Translations under genes and position numbers: made by a program
Shown: piece by piece, positions 63,224 through 64,000 of the stretch
How the letters are laid out: the number at the start of each line of letters is the position of its first letter
Numbering within the stretch: the stretch's first letter is position 1
IMG/VR virus record: IMGVR_UViG_3300049049_000146
Location: 131,216-195,215 of that record
DNA length: 64,000 nucleotides
Strand: one strand, 5' to 3'
Source: a virus
Taxonomy: Duplodnaviria > Heunggongvirae > Uroviricota > Caudoviricetes
The notes under the pieces: model-generated
What the model was told of the DNA's origin: nothing
The model's input: the letters and a program-made list of their open reading frames with translations, nothing else
Database searches by the model: none

Positions 63224-63535
63224 TCAATCGTGCTGCGGACTCCCGTGTGCACGCTTCCCAATGCCACAGACGAGGCAGCTGGGGTTTATCTCTCGGTTAT
63301 GCTCGTCAATCGCGAACACATGATCCGAAGCGTACGGTGCTCGGGTGCCGTGATAGCCACCGAGACTCTGCCCTCCGGTGCGGCGTTCCGCACGAGCACC
63401 GATGCGCTTCCACTTCTTCCTGGAGCGAGCAACGTGCGTCGAGTTACAGCCCGCACCTGGGTCTCTATTTTCCCAGGTGGGTCCGGTCTCCGTCCGCTTC
63501 TTCTCACCCCTACGGTGATTGTCGTGGTTGCTCAA
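63224..63535 (-). CDS. hypothetical protein
   Basis: ORF track. Confidence 0.5.
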   Translation of the reverse strand: MSNHDNHRRGEKKRTETGPTWENRDPGAGCNSTHVARSRKKWKRIGARAERRTGGQSLGGYHGTRAPYASDHVFAIDEHNREINPSCLVCGIGKRAHGSPQHD

Positions 63536-63554
63536 GAGAACCTCCAGGGTCTAG

Positions 63555-63627
63555 AGTGCCAGACTGGAATCGAACCAGTGGAATAACGGGTTGCAACCGT
63601 TACCGATCACCAACGATCACCCGGCAC
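63555..63627 (-). tRNA. tRNA-Cys(GCA)
   Basis: GTGCCGG/CTGGCAC, AACGG-TTGCAAC-CCGTT, U73; slightly unusual D-arm. Confidence 0.8.
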
Positions 63628-63819
63628 ACGTCGGCGTACTGCGAGAGAAATTGTCCACAGGCCGATGGCGAAGCCTAGCGTCGACACAATCAAACACAGC
63701 ACGATAATGTAGGCAGGAACAGGAATCTCGGTCAGTAAATGACCCAACACAATCAGGAGGGCCCCAGCCAGCATCTCACAGCACGCGAGCGCGAAGGTCC
63801 AAGGGCGGATGATTTTCAC
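63607..63819 (-). CDS. small two-TM protein
   Basis: Hydrophobic; GTGA overlap. Confidence 0.55.
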   Translation of the reverse strand: MKIIRPWTFALACCEMLAGALLIVLGHLLTEIPVPAYIIVLCLIVSTLGFAIGLWTISLAVRRRVPGDRW

Positions 63820-64000
63820 TTGACGATGACCTCGTTCACGCGGTAGTCGATGACCGCCTTCTGAAAAGGCGTAGCATTCTCTCTGCGTGCGGAGACGAAT
63901 GCGTCGGCCTTCTCTCGCGAATCGAATGTATCGATCTTCGCGATCACGTCTGTCTGGTTGTTCGAGCGAGAAACAGCGAGAGCAACGACCTCATAGACCT
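63816..64000 (-). CDS. hypothetical protein, partial (5' end outside window)
   Basis: Open frame VYEVVALAVS...VNEVIVK*. Confidence 0.55.
   Translation of the reverse strand, partial: VYEVVALAVSRSNNQTDVIAKIDTFDSREKADAFVSARRENATPFQKAVIDYRVNEVIVK

Noticed and set aside
63100-63475. Short repeat GGTCTCTATTT(T)CCC at about 63100 and 63460
   Set aside because: Only two copies, one inside an ORF; not distinguishable from chance.

Overview
A 64 kb segment of a large (probably jumbo) lytic dsDNA phage genome, about 60% GC. It is almost entirely on the minus strand, with genes tightly tiled through ATGA/GTGA overlaps, and looks like an early/middle accessory region. Recognisable phage genes include rIIA/rIIB, thyA, DHFR, two RNA ligases, an MT-A70 methyltransferase and an HNH nuclease. 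There are 10 tRNA genes, none encoding CCA. Two envelope proteins look myxobacterial, which suggests the host. Main points of interest: (1) a candidate complete deamidated (Preiss-Handler) NAD+ rebuilding pathway (PncA, PncB, NadD/Pof1-like, CinA/PncC-like, NadE, plus two Nudix and a NADAR), unlike the described phage NARP1/NARP2 routes; (2) a Ro60/TROVE gene preceded by a cluster of ncRNAs (circularly permuted tRNA-mimic YrlA, a minimal Y RNA, and anticodon-less tRNA-like RNAs); (3) a 116-nt multi-hairpin tRNA-like RNA; (4) a vWA/PP2C/kinase (TerY-P-like) triad; (5) a minimal SerRS-like catalytic core between CoaD, a MazG-like gene and thyA; (6) two strand-biased promoter-like motifs. All protein calls come from motif recognition by eye; no database searches were run. 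Several starts were moved from the ORF track to downstream ATG/GTG codons that fit RBS or overlap evidence.
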